Source: Escherichia phage vB_EcoM_WL-3. Taken from it: 64,000 bases of DNA. Both the position numbers and the translations under genes were made by a program. This document shows positions 19,037-36,502 of the stretch, one piece after another (positions within the stretch are counted from its first letter, which is position 1; the number at the start of each line of letters is the position of its first letter). The notes under the pieces were generated by a model. It worked only from the letters and a program-made list of their open reading frames with translations, did no database searches and was not told the origin of the DNA. Location: the sequence record MT968995.1; one strand, given 5' to 3'.

Positions 19037-20841
19037 TGAAACAAAATATTAATATCGGTAATGTTGTTGATGATGGTACCGGTGACTACCTGCGTAAAGG
19101 TGGTATAAAAATAAATGAAAACTTTGATGAACTTTATTATGAACTTGGTGATGGAGATGTTCCATATTCAGCCGGTGCCTGGAAAACTTATAATGCTTCA
19201 TCTGGACAAACACTAACGGCAGAATGGGGAAAATCATATGCCATTAATACTTCGTCTGGAAGAGTAACTCTACAACTTCCTAAAGGAACTGTTAATGATT
19301 ACAACAAGGTAATTAGAGCTAGAGACGTATTCGCTACATGGAACATCAATCCAGTTACTTTAGTAGCTGCTTCCGGAGATACAATTAAAGGGTCGTCATC
19401 GTCAGTTGAAATTAATATTCAATTTAGTGATTTAGAGCTCGTTTATTGCGCTCCAGGACGTTGGGAGTATGTCAAAAACAAACAAATTGATAAAATTGTT
19501 AGTTCAGATATTAGTAATGTAGCTCGCAAAGAATTTTTAGTTGAAGTTCAAGGACAAACTGACTTTTTAGATATTTTCCGTGGAACTAGTTATAACGTTA
19601 ATAACATAAGAGTAAAACACCGTGGTAACGAATTATATTACGGCGATGTATTTAGCGAAAACAGTGACTTTGGCTCTCCAGGGGAAAATGAAGGCGAATT
19701 AGTTCCTCTTGATGGATTTAATATTCGATTAAGACAGCCTTGTAATATTGGTGATACTGTTCAAATTGAAACATTTATGGATGGTGTATCACAATGGAGA
19801 AGTTCATATACAAGACGCCAAATAAAAGTACTAGATTCAAAACTAACATCAAAGACTTCTTTAGAAGGAAGCATTTATGTTACTGATTTATCGGCGATGA
19901 AATCAATTCCATTTTCTGCATTTGGATTAATTCCTGGTGAACCCATTAATCCTAACTCTCTTGAGGTTCGTTTTAATGGAATTTTACAGCAGCAGGCTGG
20001 AACAGCTGGATATCCTCTGTTTTTGTGTGAAGGCGCTAGTTCAGATACACAAGAAGGATGTATATCTCTTGGTGGCGAATGGAAAGAATCAAACACAGAT
20101 TATTCTATAGAATATGAAGATGGAAAACCTACCAGTCTTTTATTTGATAGAAAATTTGAATCCGGTGACATTATCGTTATAACATGGTTCAATAACGATT
20201 TAGGAACTCTTTTAGAAAAAGATGACATTATTGAATTGACTGATGACCGCTATGTTAGCAAAGGATCATCTACTGAAGTTACTGGTGATGTGGCCTTAAC
20301 AGATTTTGATAAAATCGGTTGGCCAAATGTTGAAAAAGTTGATTCTTATACTAGAACGTATAATTCAATATCATCTATTTTCGATAGCATTTATCCTGTA
20401 GGTTCAATTTATGAAAATGCTATAAATCCAAATAATCCGGTGACTTATATGGGATTTGGTTCATGGAAATTATTTGGTAAAGGACAAGTTTTAGTAGGAT
20501 GGAATGATGATGTTACGGATCCAAACTTTGCTTTAAACAATAATGATTTAGATTCTAGCGGAAATCCTTCACATACTGCCGGTGGAACAGTTGGTACAAC
20601 ATCAGTAACGCTTGAAAACGCAAATCTTCCTGCGACTAAAACTGATGAAAGAGTTTTAATTGAAGACGAAAATGGATCGGTTATTATTGGGGGTTGCCAA
20701 TATGACCCAGATGAAACTGGTCCTATATATACAAAATACCGTGAAGATTACGCAACAACAAACTCTTCACATACTCCTCCTGCTAATATTAGTAATATTC
20801 AACCGTCTATTACTGTATACCGTTGGATAAGGATTGCATAA
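19036..20841 (+). CDS. 10: gp10 baseplate wedge / short tail fibre attachment
   Basis: 601 aa (T4 about 602). Confidence 0.9.
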   Translation: MKQNINIGNVVDDGTGDYLRKGGIKINENFDELYYELGDGDVPYSAGAWKTYNASSGQTLTAEWGKSYAINTSSGRVTLQLPKGTVNDYNKVIRARDVFATWNINPVTLVAASGDTIKGSSSSVEINIQFSDLELVYCAPGRWEYVKNKQIDKIVSSDISNVARKEFLVEVQGQTDFLDIFRGTSYNVNNIRVKHRGNELYYGDVFSENSDFGSPGENEGELVPLDGFNIRLRQPCNIGDTVQIETFMDGVSQWRSSYTRRQIKVLDSKLTSKTSLEGSIYVTDLSAMKSIPFSAFGLIPGEPINPNSLEVRFNGILQQQAGTAGYPLFLCEGASSDTQEGCISLGGEWKESNTDYSIEYEDGKPTSLLFDRKFESGDIIVITWFNNDLGTLLEKDDIIELTDDRYVSKGSSTEVTGDVALTDFDKIGWPNVEKVDSYTRTYNSISSIFDSIYPVGSIYENAINPNNPVTYMGFGSWKLFGKGQVLVGWNDDVTDPNFALNNNDLDSSGNPSHTAGGTVGTTSVTLENANLPATKTDERVLIEDENGSVIIGGCQYDPDETGPIYTKYREDYATTNSSHTPPANISNIQPSITVYRWIRIA

Positions 20842-21500
20842 TGAGTTTACTTAATAATAAAGCGGGAGTTATTTCCCGCTTAGCAGATTTTCTTGGTTTT
20901 AGAACTAAGAAAAATGATATTTCGGTTATGAATAATCAGCCAGTAGGCGCTGTAACAATTTCACAAATAGCAAAAGGTTTTTATGACCCAAATGTAGAAT
21001 CTGCTATCAATGATGTTAGAAATATGGCAGAGCAACAGGTTGGAGCTGTATTAGTTAATATAAGCGGAGTATCTCCTACTGGCGTGCAACAAACAGACTA
21101 TTGGTCATTTGAAGGAACCGTTACTGATACTTCAGCCAAACCAGGTGATCCAGTTATTGTTAACATGTTTGGTATTCCAGTTAAAGCTACTAATGGAATG
21201 ACTTCAATCGAATTTACTAGTGCCGTTAGAGTAGCTCTACAGGAAATGGTTGTAAAATTTATTGCAATTGATTCATTTGAAGACCATCCTACCATAGGAA
21301 ATAAAATACAAGTTAAGTATTTAGATAACCAAGAACATATCTTAGAACAATACTCTGATAAAGGAATTACTTTCAAACAGGAAATAATTTCTCCTTCTAA
21401 ACCTGGGTACGGAACTTGGCAATTATTAGGTGCGCAAACTGTTACGCTAGATAGTCACACACAACCTACAGTATTTTATTATTTTGAGAGAGTAGCATGA
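20841..21500 (+). CDS. 11: gp11 baseplate wedge / short tail fibre connector
   Basis: Track start 20823 is TTG; ATG at 20841 overlaps gp10 stop (TAATG) and gives 219 aa as in T4. Confidence 0.85.
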   Translation: MSLLNNKAGVISRLADFLGFRTKKNDISVMNNQPVGAVTISQIAKGFYDPNVESAINDVRNMAEQQVGAVLVNISGVSPTGVQQTDYWSFEGTVTDTSAKPGDPVIVNMFGIPVKATNGMTSIEFTSAVRVALQEMVVKFIAIDSFEDHPTIGNKIQVKYLDNQEHILEQYSDKGITFKQEIISPSKPGYGTWQLLGAQTVTLDSHTQPTVFYYFERVA

Positions 21501-23047
21501 GTAACAATACATATCAGCACGTATCAAATGAATCAAAATATGTTAAATTCGATCCTACTGGATCGAATTTTCCTAACACTGTTACGACAGTGCAGTCTGC
21601 ATTATCAAAAATAAGTAATATCGGCGTAAATGGTATTCCTGATGCAACTATGGAAGTTAAAGGAATAGCAATGATTGCGTCAGAACAAGAGGTTTTAGAT
21701 GGAACTAATAATTCTAAAATCGTTACGCCAGCTACATTAGCAACAAGGTTATTATACCCAAATGCTACTGAAACTAAATATGGTTTAACGCGTTATTCAA
21801 CAAATGAAGAAACGTTAGAAGGCTCAGATAATAATTCATCAATAACGCCGCAAAAACTGAAATACCATACTGACGATGTGTTCCAAAATAGATATTCATC
21901 TGAGTCATCAAACGGGGTTATTAAAATATCATCTACGCCTGCGGCTTTGGCTGGTGTTGATGATACTACGGCGATGACTCCGCTAAAAACCCAAAAACTC
22001 GCAATAAAATTAATTTCACAAATAGCTCCTTCCGAAGATACTGCATCAGAATCTGTGAGAGGTGTGGTTCAATTATCAACTGTTGCGCAAACTCGTCAAG
22101 GAACTCTCCGCGAAGGATATGCAATTTCTCCGTATACCTTTATGAATTCTGTTGCAACACAAGAATATAAGGGTGTTATACGTTTAGGAACACAATCGGA
22201 AATTAACAGTAATTTAGGAGATGTTGCAGTAACAGGTGAAACACTAAATGGTCGAGGAGCTACTGGTTCTATGCGTGGAGTAGTTAAATTAACGACGCAA
22301 GCCGGTATTGCCCCTGAAGGTGATAGTTCTGGAGCATTAGCGTGGAACGCAGATGTAATTAATACGCGTGGTGGACAAACTATTAATGGTTCTTTAAATT
22401 TAGACCATCTTACAGCAAATGGAATTTGGTCACGCGGTGGAATGTGGAAAAATGGCGATCAACCTGTTGCCACTGAAAGATATGCGTCCGAACGAGTTCC
22501 GGTTGGAACTATTATGATGTTTGCGGGTGATTCAGCACCTCCAGGTTGGATTATGTGTCATGGTGGAACCGTGTCAGGTGACCAATTTCCTGATTATAGA
22601 AACGTAGTTGGAACAAGATTTGGTGGCGATTGGAATAATCCTGGCGTTCCTGATATGCGGGGTCTTTTCGTCAGAGGAGCTGGCACAGGCGGTCATATTT
22701 TAAATCAACGAGGACAAGATGGTTATGGAAAGGATAGACTTGGCGTAGGATGTGACGGAATGCATGTTGGTGGTGTTCAAGCACAACAAATGTCATACCA
22801 TAAACACGCCGGTGGTTGGGGGGAATATAACAGAAGTGAAGGCCCATTTGGCGCGTCAGTTTATCAAGGATATCTTGGAACTAGAAAATATTCCGACTGG
22901 GATAATGCTTCATACTTCACTAATGATGGATTTGAATTAGGTGGACCGAGAGATGCTCATGGTACACTTAATCGTGAAGGATTAATTGGTTATGAAACTA
23001 GACCATGGAATATATCATTAAACTATATTATTAAAGTTCATTACTAA
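21497..23047 (+). CDS. 12: gp12 short tail fibre
   Basis: 516 aa (T4 about 527); Gly-rich C-terminal region with His cluster. Confidence 0.85.
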   Translation: MSNNTYQHVSNESKYVKFDPTGSNFPNTVTTVQSALSKISNIGVNGIPDATMEVKGIAMIASEQEVLDGTNNSKIVTPATLATRLLYPNATETKYGLTRYSTNEETLEGSDNNSSITPQKLKYHTDDVFQNRYSSESSNGVIKISSTPAALAGVDDTTAMTPLKTQKLAIKLISQIAPSEDTASESVRGVVQLSTVAQTRQGTLREGYAISPYTFMNSVATQEYKGVIRLGTQSEINSNLGDVAVTGETLNGRGATGSMRGVVKLTTQAGIAPEGDSSGALAWNADVINTRGGQTINGSLNLDHLTANGIWSRGGMWKNGDQPVATERYASERVPVGTIMMFAGDSAPPGWIMCHGGTVSGDQFPDYRNVVGTRFGGDWNNPGVPDMRGLFVRGAGTGGHILNQRGQDGYGKDRLGVGCDGMHVGGVQAQQMSYHKHAGGWGEYNRSEGPFGASVYQGYLGTRKYSDWDNASYFTNDGFELGGPRDAHGTLNREGLIGYETRPWNISLNYIIKVHY

Positions 23048-23056
23048 GGATTACAA

Positions 23057-24514
23057 ATGATTGAATTAAAAGAGTTACCTTTTGTTGATAGCGTTCCTGA
23101 CGAAGGTCAGGAACGTATTTCATGGATTAAAAATGGTGAAGAAATATTAGGAGCTAGTACTAAGTATGGAAATGATGGATCAATGAATAGACCAATTGTT
23201 TCCGTGTTTAAAAACGTCGAAGTTCTTGATGAAAATGTGGGAATTCTTAAAACTGCCATTGAAACATCGCAGAAAGATATTAAAACAATTCAAGGAGTTT
23301 TAGACGTATCAGGAGATATAGAAGCGCTATCGCAGATCAGTGTTAATAAAAATGACATATCAAATTTAAAGACACTTACTAATGAACACACTGATATATT
23401 AACTGGAACTAATAATACAGTTGACAAAATTATTGCTGATATAGGTCCATTTAATGATGAAGAAAACTCTGTTTATAGAACAATTAGAAATGATTTATTG
23501 TGGATTAAACAGGAATTAGGACAATATTCTGGTCAAGACATTAACGGTCTTCCTGTTGTTGGTAATGCTAGCACAGGAATGAAACACAGAATAATAACAA
23601 ATAGTACATTATTATCTTCACAAGGCATTCGTTTAAGCGAATTAGAAAATAAATTTACTGAATCTGACGTAGGATCATTGACTGTTGAAGTTGGTAAATT
23701 ACGTGATGAACTTGGTAATAAACCGGTAGATTTTGGACCAAATATTTATAATAGATTAAACACTATAGATGATAAACAAACTTTAATAAATTCTGATATA
23801 GCAGAAATTAAATCTTCTATTGGATACCCAGAAAATGTTTCTATAATAACAGAAATTAATAATAACAAAAGTAGCATTGAAGCTATTAATAATGAATTAA
23901 ATCAGAGCGAAGGTGTTAAACAACGCTTAACGGCTATTGAAACTTCTATCGGTTCAGATGATATTCCTTCTAGTATTAAAGGAAAAATTAAAAATCACAC
24001 AACTTCTATTGAGTCTTTAAACGGAATTGTTGGTGAAAACACTTCGTCTGGTTTAAGAGCGAATGTTTCGTGGTTAAATCAAATTGTTGGAACTGACTCC
24101 AGCGGAGGACAACCGTCTCCTTCTGGATCTCTATTAAATAAAGTTTCAGTGCTTGAAGGAGAAGTTTCAGTTTTAAACAATAATGTTCAAAATATACAAG
24201 TTGAAATAGGAAATAATAGAACAGGAATTAAAGGTCAAGTTATTGAACTTACTTCACTTATAAATGGAAATAATCCTGACGGATCAACTGTTGAAGAACG
24301 AGGATTAACTAATTCTGTAAAAACGAATGAAACCAACATTGCGGCAGTTACACATGAAGTAAATACAGCTAAAGACAATATATCCTCTTTACAGAGCAGC
24401 GTTCAAGCTCTACAAGAAGCAGGTTATATTCCTGAAGCTCCAAAAGATGGCCAAGCTTACGTTCGTAAAGACGGCGAATGGGTACTACTTTCTACCTTTT
24501 TATCACCAGCATAA
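23057..24514 (+). CDS. wac: fibritin (whisker) neck protein
   Basis: 485 aa coiled-coil with C-terminal [27 protein letters not shown] foldon. Confidence 0.9.
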   Translation: MIELKELPFVDSVPDEGQERISWIKNGEEILGASTKYGNDGSMNRPIVSVFKNVEVLDENVGILKTAIETSQKDIKTIQGVLDVSGDIEALSQISVNKNDISNLKTLTNEHTDILTGTNNTVDKIIADIGPFNDEENSVYRTIRNDLLWIKQELGQYSGQDINGLPVVGNASTGMKHRIITNSTLLSSQGIRLSELENKFTESDVGSLTVEVGKLRDELGNKPVDFGPNIYNRLNTIDDKQTLINSDIAEIKSSIGYPENVSIITEINNNKSSIEAINNELNQSEGVKQRLTAIETSIGSDDIPSSIKGKIKNHTTSIESLNGIVGENTSSGLRANVSWLNQIVGTDSSGGQPSPSGSLLNKVSVLEGEVSVLNNNVQNIQVEIGNNRTGIKGQVIELTSLINGNNPDGSTVEERGLTNSVKTNETNIAAVTHEVNTAKDNISSLQSSVQALQEAGYIPEAPKDGQAYVRKDGEWVLLSTFLSPA

Positions 24515-24545
24515 CATGGGGCCGCAAGGCCCCAAAGGATTTTAA

Positions 24546-26247
<1,702 letters not shown>

Positions 26248-26288
26248 TAAATATTATAAACTAATTAAAGCCCAGATTAGGAGAAATC

Positions 26289-29429
<3,141 letters not shown>

Positions 29430-29457
29430 TATTAAAGCATATTAAAGAGGATTAAAA

Positions 29458-31437
29458 ATGACTTTATTATCTCCGGGCATTGAGCTCAAAGAAACTACGG
29501 TTCAAAGCACCGTGGTTAATAACTCTACTGGTACAGCAGCTTTGGCCGGTAAATTCCAGTGGGGTCCTGCTTTTCAGATTAAACAGGTTACAAACGAAGT
29601 AGATTTAGTTAATACTTTTGGTCAACCTACAGCTGAAACTGCTGACTATTTTATGTCTGCAATGAATTTCTTACAATATGGAAATGATTTGCGAGTTGTG
29701 CGCGCTGTCGATAGAGATACCGCTAAAAACTCATCTCCGATTGCTGGTAATATTGAATACACAATTTCTACCCCAGGTAGTAACTACGCGGTTGGAGATA
29801 AAATCACGGTCAAATATGTTTCAGAAGATGTTGAAACAGAAGGTAAAATTACCGAAGTAGATGCTGATGGAAAAATTAAGAAAATTAATATTCCTACTGC
29901 AAAAATTATTGCTAAAGCTAAAGAAGTTGGCGAATACCCAACATTAGGTTCTAACTGGACTGCAGAAATTTCTTCATCTTCTTCCGGTTTAGCTGCAGTA
30001 ATAACTCTTGGAAAAATTATTACTGATTCCGGTATTTTATTAGCTGAAATCGAGAGCGCTGAAACTGCTATGACAGCAGTTGATTTTCAGGCAAATCTTG
30101 AAAAATATGGAATTCCAGGAGTAGTAGCTCTCTATCCAGGCGAATTAGGCGATAAAATTGAAATTGAAATCGTATCTAAAGCTGACTATGCGAAAGGCGC
30201 TTCTGCATTACTGCCAATTTATCCAGGTGGTGGTACTCGTGCATCTACTGCCAAGGCAGTATTTGGATATGGGCCGCAGACTGACTCACAGTACGCTATT
30301 ATAGTTCGTCGTAATGATGCTATTGTTCAAAGTATTGTTCTTTCAACTAAGCGTGGTGAAAAAGATATTTACGATAGTAACATCTATATTGATGACTTTT
30401 TCGCAAAAGGTGGTTCAGAATATATTTTCGCAACTGCGCAAAACTGGCCAGAAGGCTTCTCTGGAATTTTAACTCTGTCTGGTGGATTATCATCAAATGC
30501 TGAAGTAACAGCAGGAGATTTGATGGAAGCTTGGGACTTCTTTGCTGACCGCGAATCTGTTGACGTTCAGTTGTTTATTGCGGGTTCTTGTGCCGGTGAA
30601 TCTCTTGAAACAGCATCTACTGTCCAAAAACATGTTGTTTCAATTGGTGATGCTCGTCAAGATTGCTTAGTATTGTGCTCACCTCCGCGTGAAACTGTAG
30701 TTGGAATTCCTGTAACTCGTGCAGTAGATAATTTAGTTAACTGGAGAACTGCAGCAGGTTCATACACTGATAATAACTTTAATATCAGTTCAACCTACGC
30801 AGCAATTGATGGTAACTACAAATATCAGTATGACAAATATAATGATGTGAATCGTTGGGTTCCATTAGCAGCTGATATTGCTGGTTTATGCGCAAGAACT
30901 GATAACGTATCTCAGACTTGGATGTCTCCAGCTGGTTATAATCGTGGCCAGATTCTTAACGTTATTAAACTTGCTATTGAAACTCGCCAAGCTCAGCGCG
31001 ACCGTTTATACCAAGAAGCTATTAATCCAGTAACTGGTACAGGTGGCGATGGTTACGTATTGTATGGTGATAAAACAGCTACTTCTGTTCCTTCTCCATT
31101 TGATCGTATTAACGTTCGTCGTCTGTTTAATATGTTGAAAACGAATATCGGACGTAGTTCAAAATATCGTTTGTTCGAATTAAACAACGCGTTTACTCGT
31201 TCATCATTCCGCACAGAAACTGCCCAATACTTACAGGGAATTAAAGCTCTCGGTGGAATTTATGAATATCGTGTAGTTTGCGATACAACAAATAACACTC
31301 CGTCAGTAATTGATAGAAATGAGTTTGTTGCAACATTCTACATTCAACCGGCTCGTAGTATAAATTATATCCAACTTAATTTCGTCGCAACTGCTACTGG
31401 TGCAGATTTCGATGAGTTAACTGGTCTTGCAGGTTAA
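29458..31437 (+). CDS. 18: gp18 contractile tail sheath
   Basis: 659 aa as in T4. Confidence 0.95.
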   Translation: MTLLSPGIELKETTVQSTVVNNSTGTAALAGKFQWGPAFQIKQVTNEVDLVNTFGQPTAETADYFMSAMNFLQYGNDLRVVRAVDRDTAKNSSPIAGNIEYTISTPGSNYAVGDKITVKYVSEDVETEGKITEVDADGKIKKINIPTAKIIAKAKEVGEYPTLGSNWTAEISSSSSGLAAVITLGKIITDSGILLAEIESAETAMTAVDFQANLEKYGIPGVVALYPGELGDKIEIEIVSKADYAKGASALLPIYPGGGTRASTAKAVFGYGPQTDSQYAIIVRRNDAIVQSIVLSTKRGEKDIYDSNIYIDDFFAKGGSEYIFATAQNWPEGFSGILTLSGGLSSNAEVTAGDLMEAWDFFADRESVDVQLFIAGSCAGESLETASTVQKHVVSIGDARQDCLVLCSPPRETVVGIPVTRAVDNLVNWRTAAGSYTDNNFNISSTYAAIDGNYKYQYDKYNDVNRWVPLAADIAGLCARTDNVSQTWMSPAGYNRGQILNVIKLAIETRQAQRDRLYQEAINPVTGTGGDGYVLYGDKTATSVPSPFDRINVRRLFNMLKTNIGRSSKYRLFELNNAFTRSSFRTETAQYLQGIKALGGIYEYRVVCDTTNNTPSVIDRNEFVATFYIQPARSINYIQLNFVATATGADFDELTGLAG

Positions 31438-31443
31438 TTGATT

Positions 31444-31459
31444 GTGGGGCTTCGGCCCC
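31444..31459 (+). terminator. UUCG-tetraloop hairpin after gene 18 (attenuator/stability element)
   Basis: ggggc-ttcg-gcccc directly after gp18 stop; no strong U tract. Confidence 0.4.
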
Positions 31460-31476
31460 TATTCTCGAGGAAACAA

Positions 31477-32082
31477 GTGATTATTTCTAAGTTTGTTACA
31501 ATAAAACCAAGAAATCATTCAAAAATGTGGTCGACAATTCTGGGATATAAAGTATCATATCATGATACAATATCTGTTCCAATAGAATTAATGCCAAAGA
31601 ATAGTAATAAAATAGTTGACGCTAAATGTGATTTGTGTGGTATTAAATTTAGTAGAAGCATTCAGCTTTTAAATAGAACACCCACACATGCATGTAGAAA
31701 ATGTAGCATTAAACAAGTTGCTATTAAAAATTCGGAAGTTCAATCTGGAATAAGCAGACCATGGCAAAGAGGCGATAAACATCCTCGATGGACTGGTAAA
31801 AGAAAAGAGTTTGCATTATATGCTAGTAGAGTTCATTCTATAACTAAGTCAGCTAAAATAAGAAAAATTTGGTCAAAATGGCCGAATGCTGATAAAATAG
31901 GAGTGTGCGGCGTAGAAGGTGCTTACCAACTTGATCACAAGGTATCTATCAAATATGGATTTGATAATTTAATTCCGCCGGAAATTATAGCAAGCGTAAA
32001 AAATTTAGAAATAATCACTTGGGAATCTAACCGAGAAAAGTCAAAAAGAAATAGCGTAGATCTTTGGGATTTACTAGAATGA
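31477..32082 (+). CDS. free-standing HNH endonuclease between genes 18 and 19
   Basis: C-terminal block QLDHKVSIKYGFDNLIPPEIIASVKNLEIITWESNREKSKRN (D-H...N...N); track start is TTG inside the hairpin; GTG at 31477 has GAGG 6 nt upstream. Confidence 0.65.
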   Translation: MIISKFVTIKPRNHSKMWSTILGYKVSYHDTISVPIELMPKNSNKIVDAKCDLCGIKFSRSIQLLNRTPTHACRKCSIKQVAIKNSEVQSGISRPWQRGDKHPRWTGKRKEFALYASRVHSITKSAKIRKIWSKWPNADKIGVCGVEGAYQLDHKVSIKYGFDNLIPPEIIASVKNLEIITWESNREKSKRNSVDLWDLLE

Positions 32083-32107
32083 TTCTAAAGGCCTGTTTCG
32101 GCAGGCC

Positions 32108-32115
32108 ATATAAAT
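32108..32115 (+). promoter_or_regulatory. T4 late promoter TATAAATA (distal, gene 19)
   Basis: Exact TATAAATA following hairpin ggcctg-n6-caggcc. Confidence 0.45.
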
Positions 32116-32166
32116 ACACTATATCCTTAATTCTTTAATTCTATATGCCCTAGGTTAAACATAGGG

Positions 32167-32174
32167 ATATAAAT
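32167..32174 (+). promoter_or_regulatory. T4 late promoter TATAAATA (proximal, gene 19)
   Basis: Exact TATAAATA 16 nt upstream of gp19 ATG. Confidence 0.6.
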
Positions 32175-32189
32175 ACTACAGAGGCTAAT

Positions 32190-32681
32190 ATGTTTGTAGA
32201 TGATGTAACACGAGCGTTTGAATCTGGTGATTTTGCTCGACCTAACTTATTCCAAGTAGAAATTTCTTATCTTGGACAAAATTTTACGTTTCAATGTAAA
32301 GCCACTGCTTTACCAGCTGGTATTGTAGAAAAAATTCCAGTCGGATTTATGAACCGTAAAATTAACGTAGCAGGCGATCGTACATTCGATGACTGGACTA
32401 TTACAGTAATGAATGATGAGGCGCATGATGCACGCCAGAAGTTTGTTGACTGGCAAAGCATTGCTGCTGGGCAAGGAAACGAAATTACTGGTGGAAAACC
32501 AGCAGAGTATAAAAAGAGTGCTATTGTACGCCAATATGCTCGTGACGCTAAAACTGTAACAAAAGAAGTCGAAATTAAAGGCCTGTGGCCTACTAACGTG
32601 GGTGAACTTCAGTTAGATTGGGATTCAAACAATGAAATCCAAACCTTTGAAGTAACTCTCGCTCTCGATTATTGGGAATAA
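32190..32681 (+). CDS. 19: gp19 tail tube protein
   Basis: 163 aa as in T4. Confidence 0.95.
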   Translation: MFVDDVTRAFESGDFARPNLFQVEISYLGQNFTFQCKATALPAGIVEKIPVGFMNRKINVAGDRTFDDWTITVMNDEAHDARQKFVDWQSIAAGQGNEITGGKPAEYKKSAIVRQYARDAKTVTKEVEIKGLWPTNVGELQLDWDSNNEIQTFEVTLALDYWE

Positions 32682-32713
32682 AATGAATGGGGAGAAATCC
32701 CCATCCTGCTTAA

Positions 32714-34338
<1,625 letters not shown>

Positions 34339-34339
<1 letters not shown>

Positions 34340-34581
34340 TGGAAGGTTTAATTGAAGCTATTAAATCAAACGACCTCGTAGCCGCTCGTAAATTATTTGC
34401 TGAAGCCATGGCTGCAAGAACGATTGATTTAATTAAAGAAGAAAAAATCGCTATCGCTCGTAATTTCTTAATCGAAGGTGAAGAACCTGAAGACGAGGAT
34501 GATGACGAAGATGGTGATGATAAAGACGACAAAAAAGACAAAGACTCTGACGAAGATGACGAAGACGAGGATGATGAATAA
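34339..34581 (+). CDS. 67: gp67 prohead core protein
   Basis: 80 aa with highly acidic C-terminal tail. Confidence 0.85.
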
Positions 34582-35006
34582 TGCTTCTGATCCCTGAAAC
34601 TCATGAATTAGTTCTCGAGAATGTCGAAGCACTTATTCCTGAAGCACAGGGTCGCTTTGACGAATTGTCTTCTGCTTTAAATAAAGACGATATAAATACA
34701 ATTGTCGAGAATATGCTTGATGATGAAACTGATTTAGCAGTTGCATTAGCTTCTATTAATGAAAACATGCCGTTAAATGAATTCATTGTTAAGCACGTTT
34801 CAGCTCGTGGTGAAATTACACGTACTAAAGATCGCAAAACACGCGAACGTAATGCATTTCAAACCACTGGGCTGTCTAAAGCAAAACGTAGACAAATTGC
34901 TCGCAAAGCTACCAAAACGAAGATTGCCAATCCAGCAGGTCAATCTCGTGCTCAGCGTAAGCGTAAAAAAGCTCTTAAACGCCGTAAAGCATTAGGATTA
35001 AGCTAA
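34581..35006 (+). CDS. 68: gp68 prohead core protein
   Basis: 141 aa as in T4; basic C-terminus. Confidence 0.85.
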
Positions 35007-35644
35007 TGAATGAACCCCAATTACTAATTGAAACTTGGGGTCAACCTGGCGAAATTATTGATGGTGTGCCAATGCTCGAATCCCACGATGGAAAAGACTT
35101 AGGTTTAAAACCGGGTTTATACATCGAAGGAATATTCATGCAAGCAGAAGTCGTCAATAGAAATAAACGTCTTTATCCAAAACGCATATTAGAAAAAGCG
35201 GTAAAAGACTATATTAATGAGCAAGTTTTAACTAAACAAGCTCTCGGAGAATTAAATCATCCTCCACGCGCTAATGTTGACCCGATGCAAGCCGCTATCA
35301 TTATAGAAGATATGTGGTGGAAAGGAAATGACGTATACGGACGAGCTCGTGTTATTGAAGGTGACCATGGTCCTGGAGATAAATTAGCAGCTAATATTCG
35401 TGCCGGATGGATTCCAGGAGTTTCTTCTCGTGGATTAGGTTCATTGACTGACACAAATAAAGGTTATCGTATCGTAAACGAAGGATTCAAATTAACTGTA
35501 GGTGTTGATGCAGTATGGGGTCCAAGTGCTCCAGATGCATGGGTAACTCCTAAGGAAATTACCGAATCACAGACGGCGGAAGCCGATACAAGTGCCGATG
35601 ACGCCTATATGGCTCTCGCAGAGGCCATGAAAAAAGCGTTATAA
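35006..35644 (+). CDS. 21: gp21 prohead core protease
   Basis: 212 aa as in T4. Confidence 0.9.
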   Translation: MNEPQLLIETWGQPGEIIDGVPMLESHDGKDLGLKPGLYIEGIFMQAEVVNRNKRLYPKRILEKAVKDYINEQVLTKQALGELNHPPRANVDPMQAAIIIEDMWWKGNDVYGRARVIEGDHGPGDKLAANIRAGWIPGVSSRGLGSLTDTNKGYRIVNEGFKLTVGVDAVWGPSAPDAWVTPKEITESQTAEADTSADDAYMALAEAMKKAL

Positions 35645-35647
35645 ATA
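35640..35647 (+). promoter_or_regulatory. T4 late promoter TATAAATA for gene 22
   Basis: Exact TATAAATA overlapping gp21 stop, 27 nt upstream of gp22 ATG. Confidence 0.55.
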
Positions 35648-35674
35648 TTATTATCTAAACAACAGGACTACAAA

Positions 35675-36484
35675 ATGCTTAAAGAACAACTGATTGCTGA
35701 AGCGCAAAAAATTGATGCTTCCGTTGCTCTTGATAGTATTTTCGAATCAGTTAATATTTCTCCGGAAGCAAAAGAAACTTTCGGCACTGTATTCGAAGCT
35801 ACCGTCAAGCAGCACGCCGTTAAATTAGCTGAATCTCATATCGCTAAAATTGCTGAAAAAGCAGAAGAAGAAGTAGAAAAAAATAAAGAAGAAGCCGAAG
35901 AAAAAGCTGAGAAGAAAATCGCTGAGCAAGCTTCTAAATTCATCGACCATCTTGCGAAAGAATGGCTCGCTGAAAATAAATTAGCAGTTGATAAAGGCAT
36001 CAAAGCCGAACTGTTTGAATCCATGCTTGGTGGATTAAAAGAGCTCTTTGTTGAACACAACGTTGTTGTTCCAGAAGAATCAGTTGATGTTGTGGCTGAA
36101 ATGGAAGAAGAGCTGCAAGAACATAAAGAAGAATCAGCTCGTCTGTTCGAAGAACTCAATAAGCGTGACGCATATATCAATTATGTGCAGCGTGAAGTGG
36201 CATTGAGCGAAAGTACTAAAGATCTGACTGAGTCTCAAAAAGAAAAAGTCTCTGCTCTGGTCGAAGGTATGGATTATTCAGATGAATTCTCAAATAAATT
36301 GAGTGCCATCGTAGAAATGGTGAAGAAGTCTAATAAAGATGAAAGCACTATTACTGAGGGTATAAATACTCCTGATACTGAAGCAGCCGGACTAAATTTC
36401 GTCACTGAAGCTGTAGAAGATAAAGCTGCACCTGGTGCAGAAGATATTGTAAGTGTATATGCGAAAGTCGCATCTCGTTTCTAA
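35675..36484 (+). CDS. 22: gp22 prohead core scaffold protein
   Basis: 269 aa, Glu/Lys-rich helical. Confidence 0.9.
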   Translation: MLKEQLIAEAQKIDASVALDSIFESVNISPEAKETFGTVFEATVKQHAVKLAESHIAKIAEKAEEEVEKNKEEAEEKAEKKIAEQASKFIDHLAKEWLAENKLAVDKGIKAELFESMLGGLKELFVEHNVVVPEESVDVVAEMEEELQEHKEESARLFEELNKRDAYINYVQREVALSESTKDLTESQKEKVSALVEGMDYSDEFSNKLSAIVEMVKKSNKDESTITEGINTPDTEAAGLNFVTEAVEDKAAPGAEDIVSVYAKVASRF

Positions 36485-36502
36485 TTTTAAAGGTTAACAC
36501 AA

